Assembly (NCBI GenBank): GCA_963716395.1 | Contig: OY970309.1 | Location: 384,001-448,000 of the forward strand | Source of the DNA: an uncultured Fibrobacteria bacterium | GTDB lineage: Bacteria > Fibrobacterota > Fibrobacteria > UBA11236 | Length of the DNA stretch: 64,000 nt | Direction of reading: 5' to 3' | Shown: positions 22,314-32,632 of the stretch, in pieces | How the letters are laid out: the number at the start of each line of letters is the position of its first letter | Position numbering within the stretch: position 1 is the first letter of the stretch | Program-made: the position numbers and the translations under genes | The notes under the pieces: model-generated | Database searches by the model: none | What the model was told of the DNA's origin: nothing | Seen by the model: the letters and a program-made list of their open reading frames with translations, nothing else

Positions 22314-23242
22314 TACGAAGCCCTCACGCGCGGATCGAACCAGGCGTAGAGCAGGTCGCCCGCGATGTTGGCGCCGAGATAGAGCACGGCGCCGATGAAG
22401 GTCATGGCCTTGATCACCGGCAGATCCGAGGCGTTGATGGCATTGACGCTCATGTTACCCAGGCCGGGAATGCCGAAGAAATTTTCCAGCAGCAACGACC
22501 CCGTGAAGAGCATGGGCAAATCCATCACCGCCAAGGTCAGAATGGGAATCATGGCGTTGGGCAGCACGTGGCGCGCCAGCACCCGGGGCCAGGCCAGGCC
22601 CTTGGCGCGCGCCGCGATCACGTAGTCGCGCCGCATCTCCTCCAGGAACACGGCGCGGTAGAACCGCACCGTCGACCCGAGCGACGATGCCACCCAAATC
22701 AGGATCGGCAGGGCCAGGTACGGCACGCCGGCCACCCCCGGCTCCCAGCCCGAGATGGGAAACCAGTCGCGGCGGAAGGCGAAGAGGTATTGCGCCGCGA
22801 TGATGAAGGCCAGCATGCTGATGCTCATGCCGCACACCGACAGCACCACCAGCAGCCGGTCGGGCCAGCGGCTGCGGTACAGCGCCGAGGTCAGGGCGAT
22901 GCCGACGGAAAGCAGGGTCGACAGCGCAAAGGCCGGCAACGCCAGCGACAGCGACGGCCAGAGCCCGTCGCCGATCATGGCGGCGATGCGCTGCTTGGTT
23001 TCCCACGAGCGGCCGAAGTCAAGGCGCAACAGTCCGAAGAGATCATCGCGGTATTGCAGCCCCCACGGCCGATCCAACCCCATTTGATGGGTGAGCCGGG
23101 CGATTTCCGCGGCGGTGGCGTTCTTGCCCAGCATGCGGTATACGGGATTGCCGCCCACGACGTGGAACAAAAGGAACAGCAGTAAGGTGATGCCCAGCAA
23201 AGTGGCGGCGGCGTGCAGCAGGCGGCGCGCGAGATAGTTCAT
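22313..23242 (-). CDS. Peptide ABC transporter permease (OppB/DppB-like)
   Basis: GLDRP, DFGRS, DYVIAARAKGL, FGIPGLG. Confidence 0.9.
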   Translation of the reverse strand: MNYLARRLLHAAATLLGITLLLFLLFHVVGGNPVYRMLGKNATAAEIARLTHQMGLDRPWGLQYRDDLFGLLRLDFGRSWETKQRIAAMIGDGLWPSLSLALPAFALSTLLSVGIALTSALYRSRWPDRLLVVLSVCGMSISMLAFIIAAQYLFAFRRDWFPISGWEPGVAGVPYLALPILIWVASSLGSTVRFYRAVFLEEMRRDYVIAARAKGLAWPRVLARHVLPNAMIPILTLAVMDLPMLFTGSLLLENFFGIPGLGNMSVNAINASDLPVIKAMTFIGAVLYLGANIAGDLLYAWFDPRVRAS

Positions 23243-25035
23243 CGCGACTCCAGCCGGGAGCGGCGCAAGGTCGGATCGAGCCGCAGGTATTTCACCGGCG
23301 CCTCAATCACGGCATGCGGCTGGTAATTGTGCACCCAGTCATAGGACAGATATTCGGAAATGCGGTGCGAAATGAAAATCCAGGGGCAATCTTCGGCCAC
23401 GATGGCTTTCATGCGCTGAATCAATTGGAAACGTAGCGGCGAATCGGACATTTCCGCGACGCGGCGGTACAGGCTGTCGTATTCCGGATTTTCGTAACTC
23501 GCGTTGTTCTCGCCCGGTGGATGGTTGGGGCCGTACAAAAGCTGGAGAAAGTTTTCGGGATCGGGATAATCGGCCATCCAGGCCGCGCCGACCAGTTGAA
23601 ATTTGCGCTGGCGCAGCCGTTCCAGATACTCGGGCCAGGTGCAGGATTCGACCTTAACCTTGATTCCCAAGGCGGCCATCTCCTGGGCAAAATACTCTCC
23701 GGCCTGCCGGGCGTCGGTGCTGGCCAAGGTCAGATAGCTGAAGGTCGGCAGCCCGTGGCCCTGCGCGAATCCGGCCGCGGCCAGACGCGCTTTGGCCGCG
23801 GCCAAATCGAAATGGGCATACGGACTGTGAAAGGCGCTGTCATACCCGAACATGCCCGGCGGGAGCAGGCTTTGCGCGGGAATGCCGCGGCCGTTGGCGA
23901 AGCGATCGATGAAGGTTTTGGCGTCGTAGGCGAGTTGCATGGCCTGCCGCAGTTTCCGGTGCCGGCCCAACACCGTATCCTGCATGTTCAGGCAGATATA
24001 GGCCACGTCGAGCTCCGGCATGCGCTGCACACGAATGCCTTGGGCTGCCAGCGCGCCCCGCACGTGGCGGTCGGGCGTCATGGCCTGGCCGTAATTGTCT
24101 TTGGGAATGGCGCTGCGGTCGAGGTTGCCGCGCAGAAAATTGAGCCACATGGGCTGGGCCTCGTTGTAGATGTAGAACTCCACGCGATCGATGAAAGGCA
24201 GCGGCCGGCCCGCGTCGGCCAACAGGCCCGCGGCGCTATCCGCGGCCGTCCCGACGGTGGGATAGAAGCCGTGGTGGTAATTGGGGTTGCGCACGAACAC
24301 CAGCCGCAGGCCGTGCCGCCATTCTTGTAACCGGTACGGACCGGTGCCCACGGGATGATTCAAAAACTCCGGGCCATAATACTCGACCGCTTCGCGGGCC
24401 ACCACCGCGCAATAGGGCATGGCCAATATGTATTGGAAATACGGACAGGGCCGGGTGAGCTCGATGCGGAGGGTAGTATCATTCAAGGCACGTAACCCGG
24501 GAATGACCTGCCGGTACAGGGCCGGGTCCAGCGAATCGGGCAGCGGCGGCAGCCGCCCCGAGGCCCGGCGGAAGGCGTCGAGGCCTTTCACCTTGCCGTC
24601 GAAAATCCACCAGCCGAAGGTCTGGGTGCGCACGTCGACCAGGCGTTTGATGCTGTAGATGAAATCGTGCGCGGTCACGCGCCGCCCTTTGCCTCCGGGA
24701 AAACACGGGTCGTCCTGGAAGCGGATGTCGGAGCGGAAACGGATGGTATACACCGTGTCGCCGGAATCGACCGTGGGCATGGCCGCGGCCAGGCAAGGCT
24801 GCAAGGCGTAGGGACGCGCCAGATATTGATACTCGAACAGGCATTCGTACACCTGGAATTGGCATTGGTTGGAATAGGAATCCGAAGCTTGAGCCGGATC
24901 CAAAGACTTGAGGTTGGCGGCCAACGCCATGCGAAAGGTATTGCCGAGGTGACGCGAGGGCGTGCAGGAGAGCACGCCGGCCAGAACCACGGCCGACCAC
25001 ACCGCACCGCGCGCTCCGGACCGCATGCGGAACAT
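23239..25035 (-). CDS. Family 5 ABC substrate-binding lipoprotein (OppA-like)
   Basis: Lipobox VLSC; SLDPA; PVGTGPY; WMADYPDPENF. Confidence 0.9.
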   Translation of the reverse strand: MFRMRSGARGAVWSAVVLAGVLSCTPSRHLGNTFRMALAANLKSLDPAQASDSYSNQCQFQVYECLFEYQYLARPYALQPCLAAAMPTVDSGDTVYTIRFRSDIRFQDDPCFPGGKGRRVTAHDFIYSIKRLVDVRTQTFGWWIFDGKVKGLDAFRRASGRLPPLPDSLDPALYRQVIPGLRALNDTTLRIELTRPCPYFQYILAMPYCAVVAREAVEYYGPEFLNHPVGTGPYRLQEWRHGLRLVFVRNPNYHHGFYPTVGTAADSAAGLLADAGRPLPFIDRVEFYIYNEAQPMWLNFLRGNLDRSAIPKDNYGQAMTPDRHVRGALAAQGIRVQRMPELDVAYICLNMQDTVLGRHRKLRQAMQLAYDAKTFIDRFANGRGIPAQSLLPPGMFGYDSAFHSPYAHFDLAAAKARLAAAGFAQGHGLPTFSYLTLASTDARQAGEYFAQEMAALGIKVKVESCTWPEYLERLRQRKFQLVGAAWMADYPDPENFLQLLYGPNHPPGENNASYENPEYDSLYRRVAEMSDSPLRFQLIQRMKAIVAEDCPWIFISHRISEYLSYDWVHNYQPHAVIEAPVKYLRLDPTLRRSRLESR

Positions 25036-25104
25036 GCGCCCGAAGGTAGCAAAGGCGTTTCCGTCGCGCTTCGAAAACGCCGCTGCGATCGAATTGTATT
25101 TCTG

Positions 25105-26295
25105 TTATTTCGGTTCCGTGCTTGTCGCAGCCGGCTCGGCAGAGACGGGAAGCACCAACATTTCCGACCCTGCGGTATTCCAGCCACGCACCTTATGGCG
25201 GCCGTCGACAGTGATTCCGCCGTTCAACTCGAGCCAGGCCGACAGCCGAACCGAGGAGGCCGCCGCACGGAGGGGCCGTATCGCCGTGGCGTTGGACGGC
25301 AACGCGCTGTCGCGCGTATCTGCGAGGAATTGCTTGACGAAACCGCCCTCGTAATTTTGGCCCGTCAGCAGATTCCAATTGGGATCGAACATCTTGGGAT
25401 CCCAAACATTGTCCGCGCACCAGGCCGACCACCCGATTTGCATTTGCGAAAGCCAGATTTTGAACGGGTCGCCGAAGCTGGACTGTGTGCCGCTGGTGGG
25501 GATGGCCCCGCCCTGGATGTAGCCCCATTCGCTGATGAAGAACGGAACCACCCGGGCCGCAGCCGTGACGGCGCCGTTCGGCCCCCACAATTGGCTGTTG
25601 CTCTGGGGATAGAAATGGGCGCAATAGAAAATATTGGTGCCGACCACGGGGTCGGTGGCGGATCCTCCCAAGGTGGTGTTCCATTGCGGCCCGCCGATCA
25701 GGATCAGGTTTTGCGGAGCCAGGGCGCGCACCGCGTCATACCACGGTTGGGCGTAGCCGTTCTTCCACTGGCTCCAGGTTTCGTTGTCGGAATCTTCGTT
25801 CATGATTTCGAGGATCACATTGGAATAGGTCTTGATCTTGGGTGCGACGTACGTCCAGAACTTCACGACGTTGGCGCTGACGCTATCGGCCGTCGCAACG
25901 TAATGCAAATCCACAATGCAATAGACGCCGTGGGAGACGCACGCGTCCAAGGCAGGCTTGATGTTGTTATTGAAATACCCGTCTTCATTCGCGAAAAAAG
26001 GTTCCGGATCGACGCACAAGCGCAGAACGCGCGCATACCAACCGTTGGCGGCATTGGTCAAAGTGTCGATCATGCTGGAAACGTTCATCGACGATCCCCG
26101 GTTGCCGTTCATCTCCTCCAATCCGGGAAGATCGGCGCCGCGCAAGATCACGACATTTCCGTTCGGATCCTTGATCCATCTTCCGTCGGTATGCAGCCAG
26201 GGTGTTGGAATGCCGAAGGCGGGAAACAAAATTCCCGAGGCCGACAGAATTGCGGCCCACATGCCGGGCCGGCGGCAGATTTTGATCCCGTTCAC
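25105..26295 (-). CDS. GH5 glycoside hydrolase (cellulase-like), secreted
   Basis: LHTDGRWIKDPNGNVVILRG, IVDLH, IMNE (acid/base), HFYP, FISEWG (nucleophile), WSAW. Confidence 0.88.
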   Translation of the reverse strand: MNGIKICRRPGMWAAILSASGILFPAFGIPTPWLHTDGRWIKDPNGNVVILRGADLPGLEEMNGNRGSSMNVSSMIDTLTNAANGWYARVLRLCVDPEPFFANEDGYFNNNIKPALDACVSHGVYCIVDLHYVATADSVSANVVKFWTYVAPKIKTYSNVILEIMNEDSDNETWSQWKNGYAQPWYDAVRALAPQNLILIGGPQWNTTLGGSATDPVVGTNIFYCAHFYPQSNSQLWGPNGAVTAAARVVPFFISEWGYIQGGAIPTSGTQSSFGDPFKIWLSQMQIGWSAWCADNVWDPKMFDPNWNLLTGQNYEGGFVKQFLADTRDSALPSNATAIRPLRAAASSVRLSAWLELNGGITVDGRHKVRGWNTAGSEMLVLPVSAEPAATSTEPK

Positions 26296-26418
26296 GCGTA
26301 ACCTCCGATGGAAGCTTTAGTTCCCTTCCACCGGATTTCGGTTCACTGGATTTCCCAGACTCGCCGGACCCGCACTCGACGGCGTCCCCGAATTTCACCG
26401 TTGCGGAAAAAAATCGAA

Positions 26419-28077
26419 TTACCCGCTGCCGTCCCAGGCGCGCAAAATGGCGTAGGCTTCTTCGGCATCGCGCGCGTTGGCGAGCTGCTTGCGCAGACCG
26501 CGGTTCTGCATGAGGCGCGCCGCCGTCGCGAGCAATTGCAAATGCGATCGGTTCTGTTCCTGCGGCGACAACAGCAGAAACACCACCTCGATGGATCCCG
26601 CGGCCTGCGCGTCCACGACGCCGCCCTGGCAAAGCCCGAGCGCCACCAACGGCGCTTCCAGGCCATCGATGCGGGCATGCGGCAGGGCGATGCCCTCGTT
26701 CAAAAACGTCGAACCCTGGCTTTCGCGTTCGCGCAATTTGACCAGCACCTTTTCCGGGTCGAGGCCGGCCTGTGTTTCCGCCAACGCGCGCGTCAACTCG
26801 CCCATCGCCTGCTCCTTGCCGATCGGATCGCGCCACACGCGGATGGCGCCGGGATGCACCCAACGGCCCAGCCCGCCTTCCGCAATCGGAGCCGCGGCGG
26901 CGACGGGCGAAAGGATCGGGCCCGACGTTTCTTCCACGGGCTGCCCCTGCGCGTTGCCGCGCGGGTTGATGACGATGAGGTTGAAGTCTTCGCCGTCGCG
27001 CAACAATTCGCCGGCCACGTCGTTTTGGCCGAACAGCCTGCGCCAGCGCGATTTCGACGACGGCTTGCCGATGATGACGTAACCGATGCGGTACTCTTGC
27101 GCGAAGCGCAGGATGGCATCGGCGATTTTTTCGCCCTTGAAGGTGAAGACGGTGGCGCCCAACTGGTTGGCCAAGGTTAAAATGTCGGCCATCTGCCGCT
27201 GCTGCGCCGCGTCGGCGGTAAGGGCGTCGTCTTGCAGGGTCTGCACGTGCACGGCGTACCAGTTGCGGTTGAGCCGCCCGGCCGTGCGCGATCCGTAACG
27301 CAGCAGCACCGCGTTCTCGCGCGGACGCGAGCCGAGGCACACCATCACCTGATCGGCTCCCGCGCGGTTTTTGTCGTCGGCCGACTCGCGCCGCTTGGCG
27401 TCGAGCTGCGCCGCCAATTCGCGCAGGGTCAGCTCGCGCAACTGCTCGAGATGTGCGTCCTGGAAAAAATGGCTCAGGGCCGTGGTCACCCGCGCCAGCG
27501 GATAAATTTTTCCGGCCCGCAGGCGCTTCTGCAAATCTTCGGGGGAAACGTCCACGTTCACCACCTGATCGGCGTCGGTCAGCACGGCGTCGGGCAGGCG
27601 CTCTTTGACCTGCACGCCGGTGGCGCGTTCCACGGTATCGTACAGGCTTTCGAGGTGCTGCACATTCAGGGTGGCGATGACGTTGATGCCGGCCGCGAGA
27701 ATCTCCTGCACGTCCTGGTAGCGTTTGCCGTTGCGGCTGCCGGGAGCGTTGGTGTGCGCCAATTCGTCGACCAGCGCCACTTCGGGCCGGCGCGCCAGCA
27801 CCGCGTCCAAATCCATTTCTTCGAGCGTGATGCCGTGGTATTCGATCCGGCGCGGCAAAACCAATTCCAAGCCGTCGAGGAGTTGGGCGGTGTCGGAGCG
27901 GCCGTGGGTTTCCACCAGACCCACCACGATATCGACCCCATCGGCCTTGAGCCGCTGGCCCTCCAACAGCATCTGGTAGGTTTTGCCTACGCCCGCGGCA
28001 TAGCCGAGATAAATCTTGAGCCGCCCGCGCCGGTCGCGGCGGATCATTTGCAGAAAAGAAGCGACCTTGTCGGCCAT
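26419..28077 (-). CDS. kdpD: KdpD N-terminal domain + Usp + PTS EIIA(Fru/Ntr)-like fusion, no histidine kinase
   Basis: GYAAGVGKT, VDELAHTN, LRELTL; Usp VMVCLGSR; C-terminal RESQGSTFLNEGIALPHAR. Confidence 0.88.
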   Translation of the reverse strand: MADKVASFLQMIRRDRRGRLKIYLGYAAGVGKTYQMLLEGQRLKADGVDIVVGLVETHGRSDTAQLLDGLELVLPRRIEYHGITLEEMDLDAVLARRPEVALVDELAHTNAPGSRNGKRYQDVQEILAAGINVIATLNVQHLESLYDTVERATGVQVKERLPDAVLTDADQVVNVDVSPEDLQKRLRAGKIYPLARVTTALSHFFQDAHLEQLRELTLRELAAQLDAKRRESADDKNRAGADQVMVCLGSRPRENAVLLRYGSRTAGRLNRNWYAVHVQTLQDDALTADAAQQRQMADILTLANQLGATVFTFKGEKIADAILRFAQEYRIGYVIIGKPSSKSRWRRLFGQNDVAGELLRDGEDFNLIVINPRGNAQGQPVEETSGPILSPVAAAAPIAEGGLGRWVHPGAIRVWRDPIGKEQAMGELTRALAETQAGLDPEKVLVKLRERESQGSTFLNEGIALPHARIDGLEAPLVALGLCQGGVVDAQAAGSIEVVFLLLSPQEQNRSHLQLLATAARLMQNRGLRKQLANARDAEEAYAILRAWDGSG

Positions 28078-28087
28078 GATCTGCGAT

Positions 28088-28690
28088 CTACCGCAACCGA
28101 TCCAAAGCCAGATTCAATTCCAGCACGTTCACCCGCGGCTCGCCCAAGATGCCCAAATCGCGCCCCTGCATTGCGCCGCGCACAATGTACTCGACCTGAT
28201 CGTCGCCCCGGCCGCGCGCCTTGGCGACACGCGCGACTTGCAGCAACGCGTTCTCCAGGGTGATGTCGGGATCGAGGCCGCTGGCCGAAGCCGTGACCGC
28301 GTCGGCCGGAATCACGGCCGCGGAATCCAAGCCGTTTTCCCGCCGGTAGCGATTGGCGCGCGCGTGGATTGAGTCCATCAGCGCCCTGGAGGTTGGCCCC
28401 AAATTGCTGCCGCCGGAACTGGTGGCGTCGTAGCCGCCGCCCGCCGCCGAAGGCCGCGGGTGAAAGTATTGGGCCGAAGTGAATTCCTGACCCAACAATT
28501 TCGATCCGATGGGGACGCCCTGATCGTTTTCGATCAGCGAACCCCGGGCCTGACGAGGAAACAGCGCCTGAGAAATGCCCCACACCACGACGGGATAAAT
28601 GCCGCTGACGAGAATCAGCAGCACCACGGTGGCAAGAGCGGAGATTTTGATTTCATTCCAAAAATTGATCTTGTTCATGGTTATGCCCAT
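28088..28690 (-). CDS. kdpC: K+-transporting ATPase subunit C
   Basis: [37 protein letters not shown]. Confidence 0.96.
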   Translation of the reverse strand: MGITMNKINFWNEIKISALATVVLLILVSGIYPVVVWGISQALFPRQARGSLIENDQGVPIGSKLLGQEFTSAQYFHPRPSAAGGGYDATSSGGSNLGPTSRALMDSIHARANRYRRENGLDSAAVIPADAVTASASGLDPDITLENALLQVARVAKARGRGDDQVEYIVRGAMQGRDLGILGEPRVNVLELNLALDRLR

Positions 28691-30705
28691 CCTAACAGGT
28701 TGACGGCCACGTCGATGATTTTGATTCCGAGAAAAGGGCTGGCGATGCCTCCCAAGCCGTAGATGAGAAGGTTGCGGCGCAGAATCGCCCCGGCGCCCAA
28801 AGGCCGGAACTTGACCCCCTTCAGCGCCAGCGGAATGAGAAGCACGATGATGAGGGCGTTGAAAATCACGGCGCTCAAAATGGCGCTGCGCGGCGAGGCC
28901 AGGTGCATGACGTTCAAAGCCGCGATTTCGGGAAAGGTGCCCATGAGCATGGCGGGAATGATGGCGAAGTATTTGGCCACGTCGTTGGCGATGCTGAAAG
29001 TGGTGAGCACGCCGCGCGTGATCAAAAGCTGCTTGCCGATCTCGACGATCTCGATCAGCTTGGTGGGGTTGGAATCGAGATCGACCAGATTGCCGGCTTC
29101 CTTGGCCGCCTGGGTGCCGGTGTTCATGGCCACGCCCACGTCCGCTTGCGCCAGCGCGGGCGCGTCATTGGTGCCGTCGCCGGTCATGGCCACCAGCCGG
29201 CCGCCCGCCTGCTCTTTGCGGATGAGCGCGAGCTTGTCTTCGGGCGTGGCCTGCGCCAGAAAATCGTCAACGCCCGCCTCTTGGGCGATGGCCGCGGCCG
29301 TGAGCGGGTTGTCGCCCGTAATCATGATCGTGCGGATGCCCATGGCGCGGAAACGCCGGAAGCGATCGGGCAAGCCGCCCTTGACGATGTCTTTGAGGTA
29401 AACCACACCCAGCACCCGGTGCGCGTCAGCTACCAGCAGCGGAGTTCCGCCGGCGCGGGAAATCTTTTCCACTTCCTGATGCACCTGCGGGGGGCAAGGG
29501 CCCTTCGCGAATTTGAGAATGGAATCCGCCGCGCCCTTGCGGATGGATCGGCCTTCGTAATCGACGCCGCTCATGCGCGTCTGCGCGGTGAAGGCCGCGA
29601 ACTCGGCGTTCGGGAGGTCGTGGATTTCGCGCGCGCGAATGCCGTAGTCTTTGGCCAGCACCACAATGCTGCGGCCTTCGGGCGTCTCGTCGGCCAAGCT
29701 GGCGAGCTGCGCCGCATCGGCCAGCTCTTGCGGCGTGACGCCGGGCGCGGGTAGAAATTCCACGGCCTGGCGGTTGCCCAAGGTGATGGTGCCGGTTTTG
29801 TCGAGCAAGAGCACGTCGACGTCGCCGGCCGCCTCGATGGCGCGGCCGCTCATGGCGATCACGTTCTTCTGCAGCAGCCGATCCATGCCCGCGATGCCGA
29901 TGGCGCTAAGCAGGCCACCGATGGTGGTGGGAATGAGGCATACGAACAGGGACACCAGCACGGTGACCGAGAAAAAGATGCCCGCGTACGATCCGAACGG
30001 CCGCAGGGTCATGATGACCGCCAAGAAAATGAGGGTCATGCCCGAAAGCAAAATCGAAAGCGCGATTTCATTGGGCGTTTTCTGCCGCTGCGCGCCTTCG
30101 ACCAGGCCGATCATGCGATCCAGAAAGCTTTCGCCCGCGCCCGCCGTCACCCGAATTTTGACGGCGTCGGAGAGCACGCGCGTGCCGCCGGTCACCGCGC
30201 TGCGGTCGCCACCCGACTCGCGGATCACCGGGGCCGATTCGCCGGTGATGGCGCTTTCGTCGACGGTGGCGGCGCCTTCGATGATTTCGCCGTCGGCCGG
30301 AACCACTTCGCCGGCCACGACCAGAACGATGTCGCCTTTGCGCAACTCCTCGGCCGCCACGCTGCGCGGTATGTTGTTGGCGTCGAGCAAGACGGCATTG
30401 GTTTGGGTGCGCGCGTTGCGCAAGGTCTGGGCCTGCGCCTTGCCCCGCCCTTCGGCGATGGCTTCGGCGAAATTGGCGAAGAGCACGGTGAACCACAGCC
30501 ACAGGCTGATTTGAACGACGAAACCCGCGCTCTCGCCGGTCTGGCGCAGATGGAAAATCTGCACGGTGGTTACGATGGCGGAAATTTCGGTGACAAAGAT
30601 CACGGGATTGCGCACCAGGTGGCGGGGATTCAGTTTTTTCACCGCCTCCCAGGCCGCGGCGAAGAGGATGGCGCGATCGAACAGCGAATTCTTTTTGCGT
30701 TTCAT
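28681..30705 (-). CDS. kdpB: K+-transporting ATPase subunit B
   Basis: [27 protein letters not shown]. Confidence 0.98.
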   Translation of the reverse strand: MKRKKNSLFDRAILFAAAWEAVKKLNPRHLVRNPVIFVTEISAIVTTVQIFHLRQTGESAGFVVQISLWLWFTVLFANFAEAIAEGRGKAQAQTLRNARTQTNAVLLDANNIPRSVAAEELRKGDIVLVVAGEVVPADGEIIEGAATVDESAITGESAPVIRESGGDRSAVTGGTRVLSDAVKIRVTAGAGESFLDRMIGLVEGAQRQKTPNEIALSILLSGMTLIFLAVIMTLRPFGSYAGIFFSVTVLVSLFVCLIPTTIGGLLSAIGIAGMDRLLQKNVIAMSGRAIEAAGDVDVLLLDKTGTITLGNRQAVEFLPAPGVTPQELADAAQLASLADETPEGRSIVVLAKDYGIRAREIHDLPNAEFAAFTAQTRMSGVDYEGRSIRKGAADSILKFAKGPCPPQVHQEVEKISRAGGTPLLVADAHRVLGVVYLKDIVKGGLPDRFRRFRAMGIRTIMITGDNPLTAAAIAQEAGVDDFLAQATPEDKLALIRKEQAGGRLVAMTGDGTNDAPALAQADVGVAMNTGTQAAKEAGNLVDLDSNPTKLIEIVEIGKQLLITRGVLTTFSIANDVAKYFAIIPAMLMGTFPEIAALNVMHLASPRSAILSAVIFNALIIVLLIPLALKGVKFRPLGAGAILRRNLLIYGLGGIASPFLGIKIIDVAVNLLGWA

Positions 30706-30715
30706 GTCAGGCTCC

Positions 30716-32428
30716 TCAAAAAAGTTTTCCGGAATTCATCATGAAATGTTCCACGATGGGGCCCATGGCCAGCGCCGGCAAAAAGGTCAAGCCGCCCACG
30801 ATGACGATGGTGCCGATCAGCAGGAGCGTGAAGGTGACTCCCGACACCGGGAAGGATCCGGCGCTTGCGGGGGCGATTTTCTTGCCGACCAGATTGCCCG
30901 CCAGCGCCATGGCCGGAATGATCATCCAGAAGCGGCCGATGAGCATGGCACAGCCCATCAAGGTGTTCCACAGCGGCACGTTGGTGTTGAGGCCCGCGAA
31001 GGCGCTGCCGTTGTTGCCCGTGGCCGAACTGAAGGCGTAGAGGATTTCGCTGAAGCCATGCGGGCCCGCGTTGTTCAGCGACGCCAGCGCCGTCTTGCTC
31101 ACCGCGCCGAAGGCGGAAAAACCCAGGATGGAGAAAGCGCCGACCAAGGTGTACAGCACCGCCACCTTCACGTCGTAGCCTTCGATTTTTTTGCCGAGGT
31201 ACTCGGGCGTGCGGCCCACCATGAGCCCGGCGATGAACACCGACAGCACGATGAAGATGATCATGGCGTACAAACCCGCCCCCACGCCGCCGAAAATGAG
31301 CTCGCCCAGCTCGATGTTGAACAAAGGCACCAGGCCACCCAAAGGCGTGAACGAATCGTGCATCGCATTCACCGCCCCGCACGACGCGTCGGTGGTGATG
31401 GTGGCGAAGAGCGCGGAGTTGAAAATGCCGAAGCGCACCTCTTTGCCCTCCAGGTTGCCGTCGGACATGCGGACTCCGAAGTCATGCAGCCTCGGATTGG
31501 GATGGGCCTCAGCCCGCCAGCAAACCATCGCCCCCACCAGAAACAGAATGGTCATGGCCGACCACACCGACCACCCGTGCTTTTGGTTTTTCACCATGCG
31601 GCCGAGGTAATAGGTGAGCGCGCTGCCGAGGGCGAAGATGGACAGGATTTGCACGAAGTTGCTGAGCGGCGTGGGGTTCTCGAAGGGATGCGCCGCGTTG
31701 GCGTTCATGAAGCCGCCGCCGTTGGTGCCCAGCATCTTGATGGCGACCTGCGATGCCATCGGACCTTGGGCTATGGTTTGCGCGAATCCGTCGGGGCCGG
31801 TCACGTGCGTGTAGGCCGCGAAGTTTTGAATCATACCTTGCGAGACCAGAAAAATCGCGTACACCAGGCAAATCGGCAGCAACAGGTACAAGGTGATGCG
31901 CGTCAGATCGACCCAGAAATTGCCCAGGGTTTTCGACGTACCACGCGCGATACTGCGCACCAAAGCGGCCGCAATGGCGATGCCCACGGCGGCCGAGAAA
32001 TAATTGTGGCTGGCCAGGGCCACCATTTGCGAGAAATACGAGCAGGTCGATTCACCGCCGTAGCTTTGCCAATTGGTGTTGGTGGTGAAGCTGACGGCGG
32101 TGTTGAAAGCCAGATGCGGAGGCATGCCGGGAAACTTCTGCGGATTCAGAGGCAGATAGTATTGCAGCCGCAGCACCGCATAAGTGAACAGGCAGGTTAC
32201 CAGGCTGAAAATCAGCATGGAGGCGGTGTAACCCAGCCAGCCTTGCTCCTGATCCGGATGCACCCGCATGAACCGGTAGAGAAAATTTTCCACGGGTCCC
32301 AATACCGGGCGCAGAAATGTTTTTGTTCCGGGCGTCAAAACCTGATGCAGGTAGATTCCCAAAGGCTTGGTGATGAGGAAGAGGATGACGACGTACAGCG
32401 CGAGTTGTATCCAGCCGATGGTGTGCAT
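30716..32428 (-). CDS. kdpA: K+-transporting ATPase subunit A
   Basis: [38 protein letters not shown]. Confidence 0.98.
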   Translation of the reverse strand: MHTIGWIQLALYVVILFLITKPLGIYLHQVLTPGTKTFLRPVLGPVENFLYRFMRVHPDQEQGWLGYTASMLIFSLVTCLFTYAVLRLQYYLPLNPQKFPGMPPHLAFNTAVSFTTNTNWQSYGGESTCSYFSQMVALASHNYFSAAVGIAIAAALVRSIARGTSKTLGNFWVDLTRITLYLLLPICLVYAIFLVSQGMIQNFAAYTHVTGPDGFAQTIAQGPMASQVAIKMLGTNGGGFMNANAAHPFENPTPLSNFVQILSIFALGSALTYYLGRMVKNQKHGWSVWSAMTILFLVGAMVCWRAEAHPNPRLHDFGVRMSDGNLEGKEVRFGIFNSALFATITTDASCGAVNAMHDSFTPLGGLVPLFNIELGELIFGGVGAGLYAMIIFIVLSVFIAGLMVGRTPEYLGKKIEGYDVKVAVLYTLVGAFSILGFSAFGAVSKTALASLNNAGPHGFSEILYAFSSATGNNGSAFAGLNTNVPLWNTLMGCAMLIGRFWMIIPAMALAGNLVGKKIAPASAGSFPVSGVTFTLLLIGTIVIVGGLTFLPALAMGPIVEHFMMNSGKLF

Positions 32429-32438
32429 GGCATTCTCC

Positions 32439-32522
32439 TTAAAAACGATCCGGGCGGAACAAGGTGTAAAAGAGGTAGGCCAGCAGCGCGAGGCCGATGA
32501 GGCCCATGATCAGGTTTTCCAT
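32439..32522 (-). CDS. kdpF: K+-transporting ATPase subunit F (27 aa, not in the ORF track)
   Basis: MENLIMGLIGLALLAYLFYTLFRPDRF* matches the KdpF YL...L.RP.RF signature. AAGGAG RBS. Confidence 0.9.
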   Translation of the reverse strand: MENLIMGLIGLALLAYLFYTLFRPDRF

Positions 32523-32632
32523 CAGTCGCTCCTTCCGGCGTATTTGCCCTGCCCTGGCAGGAAAAGTTTGAGGCCGATCACGCTCAGCGCGAAAAAAGCG
32601 ATTTGCAGGAGGAGGTAGAGGGTATCAAGCAT
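32522..32632 (-). CDS. Small single-TM peptide upstream of kdpF (36 aa)
   Basis: MLDTLYLLLQIAFFALSVIGLKLFLPGQGKYAGRSD*. AAGGA RBS. Overlaps the kinase stop and the kdpF start. Confidence 0.6.
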   Translation of the reverse strand: MLDTLYLLLQIAFFALSVIGLKLFLPGQGKYAGRSD

